Positions 20,153 to 31,245 of a DNA stretch of 64,000 bases are shown piece after piece. The notes below the pieces were generated by a model. The model saw only the letters and a program-made list of their open reading frames with translations. It was not told the origin of the DNA and searched no databases. The stretch is from contig CAWHHI010000016.1 in NCBI GenBank assembly GCA_963829055.1, forward strand, positions 128,001 through 192,000, written 5' to 3'. The translations under genes were made by a program, and so were the position numbers. Position 1 is the stretch's first letter. Every line of letters starts with the position of its first letter. Source of the stretch: an uncultured Gemmatimonadaceae bacterium (GTDB lineage: Bacteria; Gemmatimonadota; Gemmatimonadetes; Gemmatimonadales; Gemmatimonadaceae).

Positions 20153-20632
20153 ATGGCAATGTCCACATCGATCAGGGGGCGGCGTAAAAGCCGAACCGAA
20201 CGTGACGCCGATGATCGACGTCATGCTCGTCCTCCTGATCATCTTCATGATCGTGATTCCGACCATCAGCGCCGGCTTCAATGCGCAGCCGCCGCAGGGG
20301 GTCAACCTGAAGCCGCATCCTGAAGAGGACCAGGATCAGGTCCTCGGCATCGCGGCCGACGGCCAGTACTACCTCAACAAGTCGCCGATCAAGAACGAGA
20401 CGTTGGCCGAGAAGCTCAAGGCGATCTACGACGCCCGCACGGTCGACAAGATCCTGTACGTCAAGGCCGACAAGAATCTCGAGTACGTCAAGGTCATCGA
20501 CGCCCTCGACATCGCGGCCACAGCACGGCGTTCGCGTGACCGGTCTCATCTCCGATCAGCGGCCAGGGACGATGTCCACCGTGGCTGGTGATAACCTGAT
20601 GGCGCCGGCCAAAGAAGGAGGGAAAGCCCTAA
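20153..20632 (+). CDS. exbD: ExbD/TolR protein 1 (frameshifted)
   Basis: GGAGG RBS before ATG 20153; NVTPMIDVMLVLLIIFM and YVKADK motifs; 2-3 frame changes. Confidence 0.75.
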
Positions 20633-21064
20633 TGGCCATGTCTCCTGGCAGCGGCGGCGGTGGTCTGACGAACGACATCAACGTCACGCCCATGATCGAC
20701 GTGCTCCTCGTGCTCCTGATCATCTTCATGATGGTCGTGCCGATGGCGCGCAAGGCAATCGACATTCAGTTGCCGGATCCGAACCCGGCGGTCGCTCCGG
20801 CGAACGCCGTGTCGCAACAGATCGTGCTCGAAGTCCTGCCTAACGGCGTGTACCAGATCAACAAGCAGGAGCCGTTGACGAAAGACAACCTCATGGGCCG
20901 GCTCAAGGAGCTGTACGATCCGCGCCCCGAGAAGCTGATCTTCATCAAGGGCGATCCGGCCGTGAAGTATCAGGACGTGATCTTCGCGATGGACATGGCG
21001 CGGCAGGCAGGCGTCAAGGTCATTGGTGTGCCGCCAAAGGATAAGTCGGCCCCGAGCGAAGTAA
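20632..21064 (+). CDS. exbD: ExbD/TolR protein 2 (true stop probably displaced by an indel)
   Basis: INVTPMIDVLLVLLIIFM, FIKGD, MDMARQAGVKVIG; out-of-frame TAA at 21062. Confidence 0.78.
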
Positions 21065-21150
21065 GCGGCAAGCCGGCTCAGCCGGGCGAAAGAATTCGGT
21101 ACGGCGGAAGAACCCTTTTGGGTGCTTCCGCCGTATTAATTTCACCCGTG

Positions 21151-22009
21151 ATGTACCCCCCGATGAACGAGCCACTCGCCGAATCGAAGCCCAGGCGGCC
21201 TCGCTACCGTCCTCCGATCGGAATCCCGATCCGCGAGGAGGGGAAGACGACTGGTGCCCTGGTTTCCATAGCGCTTCACGCGCTCATTCTCCTGCTGCTG
21301 CTCGCGCCGCCGTTCCTCCTCGCGCGCGAGATGCAGGTACGCAATGAGGGCGCGGGTGGCCCGGGCCCCGCTGGCGGCGGTGGAGGCGGATCGCGTGGCA
21401 CTGGCGGCGATCAGAAGGTGCAGGAGCGCGTGCGCTTCATTCAGGTGGCACCGGCGCCGGCCCCTGCTGTCGTCACGCCCAAGGTCGAGCCCAAGCCCGT
21501 CCCAGTCGTTCCGAAGGTCGAGCCGCCAAAGCCGAAGCCGCCCGAACCGGTGACGCCGGCGCCTGAGATCAAGCCAGAGCCAGCACCGGCCGGCGAGTGC
21601 GGTTCCAAGCAAGGTTGCTGGTGTGGGCGGCGGCACTGGCAACGATGGCACCGCGGGCAGCGGCTCTGGAAGCGGCGGCGGCATCGGTTCCGGGATCGGT
21701 ACCGGGAAAGGATCCGGCAACGGTCCGGGCACAGGCGGGGGCGACGCGCAGATCTTCCCGCCTACGGTCATCGCGCTGACGATCCTTCCGATTCCCGTTC
21801 CCTCGAAGGTTCGGCCCTACACGCTCGTGGCTACCTTCGATGTCGACACGCTCGGAAACGCGACGCTGCTGGCGTTCAATCCGTCCAAGGACGGCGGCTA
21901 CAACAAGCGTATTCGCGAGATGCTGTCGGAGATCCGCTTCCGGCCCGCTGTTCGCGGCGATGGCCGGCCGGTTCGAGACACCGCGCAGATCTCTGCCGCC
22001 GCGCCGTAG
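21151..22009 (+). CDS. TonB-like membrane-anchored Pro/Gly-rich protein, frameshift near 21600
   Basis: TM helix with SIALH motif, Pro/Lys-rich and Gly-rich linkers, C-terminal FDVDTLG...RFRPAVRGDGRPV. Confidence 0.65.
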
Positions 22010-22251
22010 CACGCTAGCACGAGCTGCTGCGTAGATGTGTTGATAGCAGCCGAGGCAGGCCCTATAGCAAGAATCGCCTGCTATCGACATCTCGAACGCG
22101 TTCAGCCAGTCGAGGCGTAACTTGGCCTCCCGCCTACGTCTGGCTATAGCGGGCCCGCGCGGATACATTTTGCGCGGCAAACCGCTCCGATCGTCCCGGC
22201 TCGTCCTCCTCGCCGGCGACTCGTTCATTCCGCGCCGCCTGAGGTCAGTTG

Positions 22252-23744
22252 ATGAGCACTGTGGCCGCCGAGACCACTGCGCCCAAGGCGCAGCCAGAAC
22301 AATCTGGTTTCGTGAAGGCCATGACGTTGACCGATGCGACGATGCTCGTCGCCGGTTCAATGATTGGCTCCGGCATCTTCATCGTTTCCGCCGACATCGC
22401 GCGGTCGCTGCCGTCGCCGTTCTGGCTTCTCGTTGCATGGCTCGTCACCGGCGTTATGACGTTGCTCGGGGCGCTCGCCTATGGTGAGCTCGCGGCCATG
22501 TTTCCGCGAGCTGGCGGTCAGTACGTGTTCTTGCGCGAGTCGATGGGTCCTCTCATGGGTTTCCTCTATGGGTGGACCCTTTTTCTGGTCATCCAGACGG
22601 GAACCATCGCCGCCGTCGCCGTCGCGTTCGGCCGCTTTCTTGGCGTGTCTGATTCCGGCGATCGGACCGGATCGGTACGCGTGGTTTCCGCACTTCGACT
22701 TCGCGATCTCGGGTGGTACCGCGGAGCTCGGACTCTCGCCGCAACGGCTCGTTGCGCTCGTCTCGATCTGGGTGCTGACCTGGATCAATCTTCGCGGCGT
22801 TCGCGAAGGCAAGATGGTGCAGACGACGCTCACGGTCGTGAAGACCGCGGCGTTGGCGTTGCTCATTCTGCTCGGCATCACGATCGGCCGAAACGCCGAC
22901 GCGATCGCGGCGAACTTCGGCGCCCGGTCGCTTCGTCGGGTCGATCCCGCTCGACTCCGTGCTCGTGCTGACGTTCGGCGCGGCGCTCGTCGGTTCGCTC
23001 TTCTCGAGCGACGCCTGGAACAACGTCACGTTCGCTGCGGCCGAGGTGAAGAACCCGCAACGCAACCTGCCGCTCGCGCTGCTTCTCGGCACAGGGCTCG
23101 TGAGCCTGCTCTACGTGCTCGCGAATGTGGCGTACCTGAATACGCTGCCACTCGCCGGAACGGCGGATGGCGCGACCGTCATCGCGCGCGGCATGCAGCA
23201 CGCGACGCAGGACCGTGTCGGCACGGCCGCGGCTGAGGTGATCTTCGGCTCGAGTGGGACGATCCTCATGGCGTGCGCGATTCTCATCTCGACGTTCGGC
23301 TGCAACAACGGGCTGATCCTCGCCGGTGCCCGTGTCTACTGGGCCATGGCGCGCGACGGACTGTTCTTCCGGCGCGTAGGAACGCTGAACGCGAAGTCCG
23401 TCCCCTCGGCGGGGCTGATCGTGCAGTCCGTGTGGGTGTCGCTGCTCTGCCTAACGGGCACGTACAATCAGCTGCTGAACTACGTCATCTTCGCGGCGCT
23501 CGTGTTCTACGTCCTGACGACGCTCGGGCTGTTCCTGTTGCGGGCGCAGCGCCCGAACGCCGAGCGGCCGTATCGCGCGGTCGGGTATCCCGTGCTGCCC
23601 GCGCTCTACATCGTGCTCGCCGCCGTGACGGCCGTGATTCTGTTGATCGCGCCGAAGACGCGCACCGAGGCGCTGTCCGGTCTCGTGCTCGTGCTCATTG
23701 GTATCCCCGTGTACTTCATCTGGCGCCGCGTGGAAGCGTCGTAG
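22252..23744 (+). CDS. APC-family amino acid permease (LAT/SteT-like), at least 2 frameshifts
   Basis: GSMIGSGIF, YGELAAMFPRAGGQY, AEVKNPQRN, ERPYRAVGYP. Confidence 0.85.
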
Positions 23745-23866
23745 TCGCGCCAGCACACCGATCGCGTCACCCGGATGTGCGGGCGGCGTGTTCGTCTCGA
23801 GGTCGGCCATTCGGGTGCATCGACCGCGCCCACGCCGTCCCGCAACCCCCCAGGAGATCGTTATCG

Positions 23867-26405
23867 ATGAACCGGAAGGACACCCTGTTCCGCAATCTGC
23901 TCCCCGTCGGACTCGCCATGCTTCTCGCCCTCGTGGCGGGACCGCTTGCGCGCCCTCTCTTCGCGCAGGCTGCGCCCGCTGCCCAGGGTGAGTCTCGCCC
24001 GGGTGGTGAGGCCAACCTGCTGATCCCCGATCTCGGAAGCGTGCAGTTCTTCGGCCTTCCCGGGAACACGCTGCTGACCTTCGGACTCATCGTCTGCGCG
24101 CTCGGATTGTTGTTCGGTCTCGTGATCTACAGCCGCCTCAAGCGCCTGCCGGTTCACGAGTCCATGCGCGACATCTCCGAGCTGATCTACGAGACGTGCA
24201 AGACGTATCTCACGACGCAGGGGAAGTTCATTCTCGTGCTCTGGGTGTTCATCGGGTCGATCGTCGCGGTGTACTTCGGTACGTTGGCCGAGACGACCGA
24301 CGCGACGGGAGCAGCGGTGCGCGGATTCCCGCCGGTGAAGGTCGCGGTAATTCTGCTGTTCAGCCTCGTCGGCATCGCGGGCAGCTACGGTGTCGCCTGG
24401 TTCGGCATTCGCGTGAACACGTTCGCGAACTCGCGGACGGCGTTCGCCAGTCTCCGCGGAAAGCCGTTCCCGTGCTACGAGATTCCGCTCAGCGCCGGAA
24501 TGAGCATCGGCATGCTGCTGATCAGCGTCGAGCTCGTGCTCATGTTGATCATCCTGCTGTTCATTCCGCGTGACTATGCGGGCCCGTGCTTCATCGGCTT
24601 CGCGATCGGCGAATCGTTAGGTGCGGCCGCCCTGCGAGTCGCGGGTGGTATCTTCACGAAGATCGCCGACATCGGCGCCGACCTCATGAAGATCGTCTTC
24701 AAGATCAAGGAAGACGATGCCCGAAACCCTGGCGTCATCGCGGACTGCGTCGGCGACAATGCCGGTGACTCGGTCGGCCCGAGCGCGGACGGCTTCGAGA
24801 CCTACGGCGTGACGGGCGTCGCGCTCATCTCGTTCATCCTGCTCGCGGTCAATCCCGCGTCGGCGGGTCCGAACTTCGAGACGATCCAGGTACAGTTGCT
24901 CGTCTGGATCTTCATCATGCGCATCATGATGGTGATCGCGAGCGGCGCGTCGTATCTCATTAACGCCGCGATCGCCAAGGGTCGCTACGCGAACGCCGAC
25001 AAGATGAACTTCGAGGCGCCGCTCACGGTGCTCGTGTGGCTGACGTCGATCGTGTCCGTCGTGTTCACGTACATCGTGTCGTACTACACGATCCCGACGT
25101 TAGGTGACGGCTCGCTCTGGTGGAAGCTGTCGACGGTGATCACGTGCGGTACGCTCGCCGGCGCGATCATCCCGGAGTTCGTGAAGGTCTTCACGTCGAC
25201 CGAGAGCGCGCACACGCGCGAAGTCGTCACGTCGTCCCGTGAAGGCGGCCCGTCGCTCAACATTCTCTCCGGCCTCGTCGCCGGAAACTTCAGCGCGTTC
25301 TGGCTCGGCATGACGATCATGGCGCTCATGGCCATCGCGTACATCGTCAGCACGTTCGGCCTCTCTCAACTGATGGTCGCGCCGGCGGTGTTCGCGTTCG
25401 GACTCGTTGCGTTCGGCTTCCTCGGTATGGGTCCGGTGACGATCGCCGTCGACTCGTACGGCCCGGTGACGGACAACGCACAGTCGGTCTACGAGCTCTC
25501 GACGATCGAGCAGATCCCGGGTGCGCGCGAGCAGGTGAAGAAGGAATTCGGCTTCGACGTGGACTTCGAGAAGGCGAAGCACTTCCTCGAGGAGAACGAC
25601 GGAGCGGGCAACACGTTCAAGGCGACCGCGAAGCCGGTGCTCATCGGTACCGCCGTCGTCGGCGCCACGACCATGATCTTCTCGATCATCGTCGGTCTGA
25701 CACAGGGACTCAAGCCCGAGTTCCTCCCGAACCTGTCGATCCTTCACCCGCCGTTCCTGCTCGGTCTCATCACCGGCGGGTCGATCATCTACTGGTTCAC
25801 CGGCGCGTCGATCCAGGCCGTGACCACCGGTGCGTACCGCGCGGTGGAGTTCATCAAGGCGAACATCCGACTCGCAGGATACGAACAAGGCCTCCGTCGA
25901 GGACTCGAAGAAGGTCGTCGCGATCTGCACGCAGTACGCGCAGAAGGGCATGTTCAACATCTTCCTCGTCGTGTTCTTCGCGACGCTCGCGTTCGCATTC
26001 GTGGAACCCTACTTCTTCATCGGGTATCTCGTCTCGATCGCCGTGTTCGGACTGTACCAGGCGGTGTTCATGGCCAACGCCGGCGGTGCCTGGGACAACG
26101 CCAAGAAGATCGTCGAGGTGGAGCTCAAGGAGAAAGGGACGCCCCTGCACGACGCAACCGTGGTCGGTGACACGGTCGGCGACCCATTCAAGGACACGTC
26201 CTCTGTCGCGCTGAATCCGATCATCAAGTTCACGACGCTGTTCGGACTGCTCGCCGTGGAATTGGCGGTCTCGCTCAGGGCGGAACGCGGACCGATGCTG
26301 GGCCACATTCTCGCTGGGGTCTTCCTCCTCGCGGCGCTGATCTTCGTGCACCGGTCGTTCTACGGCATGCGCATTCAGTCTCAGGCGAAGGTGTCCGCCC
26401 GTTGA
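23867..26405 (+). CDS. hppA: Membrane-bound ion-translocating pyrophosphatase, K+-independent type, frameshift near 25875
   Basis: TKIADIGADL, EDDARNP, GDNAGD, DSYGPVTDNA, GNTFKA, GGAWDNAKK, GDTVGDPFKDT; AGGAG RBS. Confidence 0.92.
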
Positions 26406-26435
26406 TGACGTCCCACTCCTCACTCTGATCAGCGA

Positions 26436-27993
26436 ATGGCGACGTCCATTTTCGCTCGCAAATCGGTAGCCGATGCCGAACGCGAGATGTCGCATGCCGG
26501 TACGGGCCTCAAGCGCTCGCTCGGCAAGTGGCATCTCACCGCGCTCGGTGTCGGCGCGACGATCGGTGCCGGGATCTTCGCGACAACCGGCACCGCTATC
26601 GTCGGTGATCCCGCGCGGCCCGGCGCTGGTCCGGCGATCGTGTTCTCGTTCCTGCTCACTGCCGTTGCGTGCGGCTTCGCGGCGCTGTGCTACGCGGAGT
26701 TCGCGGCGATGGTGCCGATCGCCGGGTCTGCGTACACGTACGCCTACACGTCGATCGGCGAGTTCGTCGCGTGGATCATCGGATGGGATCTCATCGTCGA
26801 GTACGCGGTCGGCAACATTGGTGTCGCCATCGGATGGGCCGCGTACTTCCGTGAGTTGCTGACGCACTTCGGAATCAGCATGCCGGCGTGGCTCTCGACG
26901 GACTATCGCTCCGCCCACGACGCGTTTGTCGCCCTCGCCGGGGGCGCGAACGATCCAACAACACAGTATCTCGCGTCCGCGTGGTCCGCGGCGCCGCATC
27001 TCGGAAGCATTCCGGTCATCTTCAATCTGCCGGCGTTTGCCGTCGTTGCGCTGCTCACGGTCATCCTGGTGATTGGCATCAAGGAATCGGCGAACTCGAA
27101 CAACGCGATGGTGCTCCTCAAGATCGGGATCATCATCTTCTTCCTGTGCGTTGGCGCATTCCTGATCAAGCCGGGCAATTACACGAATCCTGCAACGGGC
27201 GGCTTCGCGCCTAACGGGTTCAAGGGCATCAGCGCCGCGCGCCGCGATCATCTTCTTCAGTTACATCGGATTCGACGCCGTATCGACAGCCGCCGAGGAA
27301 GCGAAGGATCCGGCGCGCGACATGCCGTTCGGCATCATCATGAGTCTCATCATCTGTACGGTGCTGTACATCCTGCTGTCTATTGTCATGACGGGTATCG
27401 CCCCGTGGCAGCAGCTTGGAACACCGGAGCCGATGATCACGGCGTTGCAGTTCGCGCAGGGGCCACCGGCACTCCTGAAATTCTCCCGGTTCATCATCGC
27501 GCTCGGTGCCGTGGCCGCCATGGGCAGCGTGCTGCTTGTGTTCCAGATGGGCCAGCCGCGCATCTTCTTCTCGATGGCGCGCGACGGTCTGCTTCCCAAG
27601 GTGTTCGCGAAGGTGCACCCGAAGTACCAGACGCCGTACGTGGGAACGATCCTTACCGGACTGTTCGTCGCGACGTTTGCCGCGTTCGCGAACATCGCCG
27701 AAGTGGTCGATCTCACGAACATCGGAACGCTGTTCGCGTTCGTGTTGGTGTCGGCGGGTGTGATCTTCCTTCGTCGGTCAGAGCCGGACCGGGTGCGGCC
27801 GTTCCGGGTACCTGGTGTACCGTTCACGCCGCTGATCTCCATTGCCGCGTGTCTGTACTTGATGGCTCAGTTGCCGACGGTCACGTGGATCCGGTTCGGG
27901 ATCTGGCTCGCGGTCGGGCTCGTATTTTATTTCGCGTATGGGTACAAGAACTCGGTGCTACGGCATCGGCGGTCGCGCAGCCCTTCTGCGTGA
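26436..27993 (+). CDS. APC-family amino acid permease (CAT/YfnA-like), frameshift near 27240
   Basis: GATIGAGIF, CYAEFAAMVPIAGSAY, GFDAVSTAAEEAKDP, MARDGLLP. Confidence 0.88.
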
Positions 27994-28069
27994 TCATGCG
28001 TAGTGTGCGTAGCGCGTCCAGTTAGGGTGTTCGTCGCACGTTCCTGCCGTCCTCTCGCCTGACAGTTCC

Positions 28070-29353
28070 ATGGCCAACTCGGTTCGTCGAATTTCGCTGA
28101 CGCAGTGGATCATCATCTCGATGATCGTCGGCGTGCTGCTCGGATGGCTGGCTCCCGGCTTGGCAGTGAGCCTCAAGCCGCTGTCGACGATCTTCCTCAA
28201 CATGATCAAGTCGTTGATCGCGCCGCTGCTCTTCGCCACACTCGTGGTGGGGATCGCCGGCCATGGCGACGACATGAAGAAGGTGGGGAAGCTGGCGTTC
28301 CGCTCGATCGTCTACTTCGAGGTCGTGACGACCCTCGCGCTGGTCGTAGGACTCGTCGCCGTGAACGTCATCCGGCCTGGGGATGGCGTCGGCCTCTCCG
28401 CGGAACCTGTATCCGCGACGATCACGGAGGCATCGCAGCGATCCGTCACGTTCGGTGGCGTCCTCGAGCACATCGTGCCGTCGAGCTTCGTGGATGCCGC
28501 GGCCAAGAACGAAGTCCTTCAGGTCGTGTTCTGGTCCATCATCTTCGCCGTGGCGCTCGCGCGCACACCAGCGAATCCCAAGCGCATCATGCTCGGCTTC
28601 GCGGAGAGCCTGAGCGAGGTGATGTTCAAGTTCGTTGCGATCGTCATGGCGTTCGCGCCGTTCGGTATCGGCGCGGCTATCGCCGTCACGGTAGGGCAGA
28701 GCGGTATCGGCGTCCTGAAGAATCTGGGCATTCTCGTGCTGTCGCTCTACGGCGCGCTCATCGTCTTCGTACTCGTCGTGCTGCTCCCGATCGCGATGCT
28801 GTTCCGCATTCCGGTTGCGCAGTTCTGGAAGGCAGTGCGAGAGCCGTGGCTCATTGCGTTCTCGACCGCATCGTCGGAAGCCGCGCTCCCGCGCGCCATG
28901 CAGGCGATGGAGAACTTCGGCGTTCCGCGACGCATTGTCGCGTTCGTGATGCCGACGGGCTACTCGTTCAATCTCGACGGCAGCACGCTCTATCTCGCGC
29001 TGGCGTCGGTTTTCGTCGCGCAGGCGGCGGGCATCGACATGCCGCTGTCGCAGCAGATTCTCATGATGCTCACGCTCATGGTGACGAGTAAGGGCGTGGC
29101 CGCGGTGCCGCGCGCGTCGCTCGTGATCCTGTCCGGGGCGCTCACGCAGTTCGGGTTGCCGTTGTCCGGTGTCGCGCTGATTCTCGGCGTCGACGCCGTG
29201 ATGGACATGGCGCGCACGTCGATCAATCTCGTGGGCAACTGTCTGGCGACGGCCGTGATGGCGCGCTGGGAGGGTGAGCTCGGTACGCCGCGCGATCCCT
29301 TGCTCGACGCGCGAGCGGTCGGTCAGGTCCCCACCATGGAGAACGCGCAGTGA
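28070..29353 (+). CDS. Dicarboxylate/amino acid:cation symporter (GltP/DctA family)
   Basis: FSTASSEAALP, PTGYSFNLDG, SKGVAAVP, DMART. Confidence 0.92.
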   Translation: MANSVRRISLTQWIIISMIVGVLLGWLAPGLAVSLKPLSTIFLNMIKSLIAPLLFATLVVGIAGHGDDMKKVGKLAFRSIVYFEVVTTLALVVGLVAVNVIRPGDGVGLSAEPVSATITEASQRSVTFGGVLEHIVPSSFVDAAAKNEVLQVVFWSIIFAVALARTPANPKRIMLGFAESLSEVMFKFVAIVMAFAPFGIGAAIAVTVGQSGIGVLKNLGILVLSLYGALIVFVLVVLLPIAMLFRIPVAQFWKAVREPWLIAFSTASSEAALPRAMQAMENFGVPRRIVAFVMPTGYSFNLDGSTLYLALASVFVAQAAGIDMPLSQQILMMLTLMVTSKGVAAVPRASLVILSGALTQFGLPLSGVALILGVDAVMDMARTSINLVGNCLATAVMARWEGELGTPRDPLLDARAVGQVPTMENAQ

Positions 29354-29673
29354 ACTTGACGACGCTCATGCAGCTGTACGTGTTCGTGCTCGCTGGCTTC
29401 GTGGGGATGCTCGTCATCGCTCGCGTCCCGCCACTGCTGCACACGCCGCTCATGTCGGCGACGAACGCCATCTCGGGGATCTCGCTCGTCGGGTCGCTGG
29501 TCGCCGCGGGCGCCGGCCGCAGCATGGTGAGCACCATTCTGGGCACGGTCGCCGTGACCACCGCGACCATCAACGTCGTCGGCGGGTTCATCATCACCAA
29601 GCGCATGCTGGCGATGTTCAAGCGTAGCGATCGCCGTCCCAGCGACGCTCCGAGCAACGCTCCGAAAGTCTGA
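29350..29673 (+). CDS. pntAB: NAD(P) transhydrogenase alpha subunit, membrane part only (alpha-2)
   Basis: LHTPLMSATNAISG and INVVGGF...RMLAMF. Confidence 0.92.
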   Translation: MNLTTLMQLYVFVLAGFVGMLVIARVPPLLHTPLMSATNAISGISLVGSLVAAGAGRSMVSTILGTVAVTTATINVVGGFIITKRMLAMFKRSDRRPSDAPSNAPKV

Positions 29674-29682
29674 CGCTCGTTC

Positions 29683-31068
29683 ATGCGTGAGCTCTTCGTC
29701 CAGGCGAGCTACCTCCTCGCCTCTGTCTTTTTCATACTCGGCCTCAAGAGCCTGAGTCGCGCCGAGACGGCCTCGCGTGGCGTTACGCTCGCCGCGATCG
29801 GGATGCTGATCGCGATCGTCGGTACGCTGATGCAGCAGGTGATCATCGACTACCGCTGGATCGCGTTAGGCCTCACCGTCGGTACCGTGATCGGCGTTCC
29901 GCTGGGTACGCGCGTGCCGATGACCGCGATGCCGCAGCGTATCGCGATCGCGCTCACGTTCGGTGCGCTCGCGGCGACGCTCGTCGGCATCGCTGAGTTT
30001 CATGATCATGCCGACACGATGGCGTTCGGGCAGCGGATCGCTGTCGCGTTCGAGGTGGTGCTTGGCGCACTCACGGTGGCGGGCAGCTTCGTCGCGTTCG
30101 GCAAGCTGCAGGAAATCTTGCCAGGGCGTCCGCTGACGTATCGCGGTCAGAACGCCGTGAACTTCGTCCTGCTCGGCGTGCTCGTGTTGATGCTGGGCGC
30201 GGTCGTCGCCGGCGTCGGCGGTCTGACGCTGTTCTATGGGCTCATCGCACTGGCGTTCCTCGCCGGCGTGATGCTCGTGATGCCCATCGGCGGCGCGGAC
30301 ATGCCCGTGGTGGTCGCGTTGCTCAACTCGTACTCCGGACTCGCGTCGGCGGCCACCGGTTTCGCGATCTCGAACAACGTGCTCATCGTGTCGGGTGCTC
30401 TCGACGGCACGTCGGGATTCCTGCTCTCGATGCTCATGAGCAAGGCGATGAACCGCTCGTTCGCGAACGTGTTGTTCGGTGCGTTCGGATCGCAGGCGCC
30501 AGCTGGCGCGGCGGCCGCCGGCGGCAGTGATCTGGTCGCGACCGCCATCTCCGCGGAGGACGCGGCGGTCCAACTCGCGTACGCGAGCAACGTCGTGGTC
30601 GTCCCGGGCTACGGGATGGCGGTAGCGCAGGCGCAGCATCAGGTGCGCGAGCTCGCGGAGCTCATCGAGAAGCGAGGCGGAGAAGTTCGCTACGCGATTC
30701 ATCCAGTGGCCGGGCGAATGCCTGGTCACATGAACGTGCTGCTCGCGGAAGCGAACATCCCGTACGACAAGCTCTATGACATGGACGAGATCAACGGCGA
30801 CCTGTCGCGCGCAGACGTCGCGTTGATCATCGGCGCGAACGACGTGGTGAATCCAGCGGCGCGAACGGATCCTACGTCACCGATCTACGGGATGCCGATC
30901 CTCAACGTCGATGAAGCGAAGAGCGTGATCGTGCTCAAGCGCGGCATGAGCGTCGGATTCGCGGGCATCGACAACATGCTGTTCTACCAGCCGCGAACGC
31001 GGATGCTCTTCGGCGATGCGAAGGCGTCACTCGTGAAGCTCGTGACGGAGATCAAGGCGCTGTCCTGA
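29683..31068 (+). CDS. pntB: NAD(P) transhydrogenase beta subunit
   Basis: IGGADMPVV, VPGYGMAVAQAQ, IHPVAGRMPGHMNV, GANDVVNPAA. Confidence 0.95.
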   Translation: MRELFVQASYLLASVFFILGLKSLSRAETASRGVTLAAIGMLIAIVGTLMQQVIIDYRWIALGLTVGTVIGVPLGTRVPMTAMPQRIAIALTFGALAATLVGIAEFHDHADTMAFGQRIAVAFEVVLGALTVAGSFVAFGKLQEILPGRPLTYRGQNAVNFVLLGVLVLMLGAVVAGVGGLTLFYGLIALAFLAGVMLVMPIGGADMPVVVALLNSYSGLASAATGFAISNNVLIVSGALDGTSGFLLSMLMSKAMNRSFANVLFGAFGSQAPAGAAAAGGSDLVATAISAEDAAVQLAYASNVVVVPGYGMAVAQAQHQVRELAELIEKRGGEVRYAIHPVAGRMPGHMNVLLAEANIPYDKLYDMDEINGDLSRADVALIIGANDVVNPAARTDPTSPIYGMPILNVDEAKSVIVLKRGMSVGFAGIDNMLFYQPRTRMLFGDAKASLVKLVTEIKALS

Positions 31069-31072
31069 CGGA

Positions 31073-31242
31073 CGCGGAAGGCGGCGGGCGGACGGCGGAC
31101 GGCGATTTGTCATCCCGAGTGACAGCGAGGGACCTTCCGTGAGGTATTGTGGCCAGCCTGGCCACGATACTTCACGCAAGGTCCCTCGCTGTCCTCGGGA
31201 TGACACGGCTCGCCGTCCGCCTTCCTCCCTCCGCCTTCCGCG
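31073..31242. repeat. About 170-bp nested palindrome: TGTCATCCCGAG...CTCGGGATGACA REP-like core with GGCGGAC-type heptamer arms
   Basis: Core arms 31108-31156 and 31158-31205 (1 indel, 3 mismatches); outer arms CGCGGAAGGCGG/CCGCCTTCCGCG; between convergent genes. Confidence 0.85.
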
Positions 31243-31245
31243 GCG

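Noticed and set aside
20536..22017. 493-aa ExbD-TonB fusion ORF
   Set aside because: Best explained by indels removing stops near 20630 and 21062; an intergenic-like AT-rich stretch lies at about 21090-21150.
23273..23866. N-terminal extensions of hppA (and of the kinase, actD, amidase and E1 alpha ORF calls)
   Set aside because: They overlap upstream genes; downstream starts with an RBS or stop-start coupling are better supported.
16727..27300. Programmed frameshifting or true pseudogenes
   Set aside because: No consistent slippery sites, conserved motifs intact on both sides of each break, and core genes such as smpB are also hit; assembly error is more parsimonious.
27..28006. Exact 14-mer ATCATGCGTAGTGT at 27-40 and 27993-28006
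   Set aside because: Only two copies, not palindromic; 14-mer matches can arise by chance in 64 kb.
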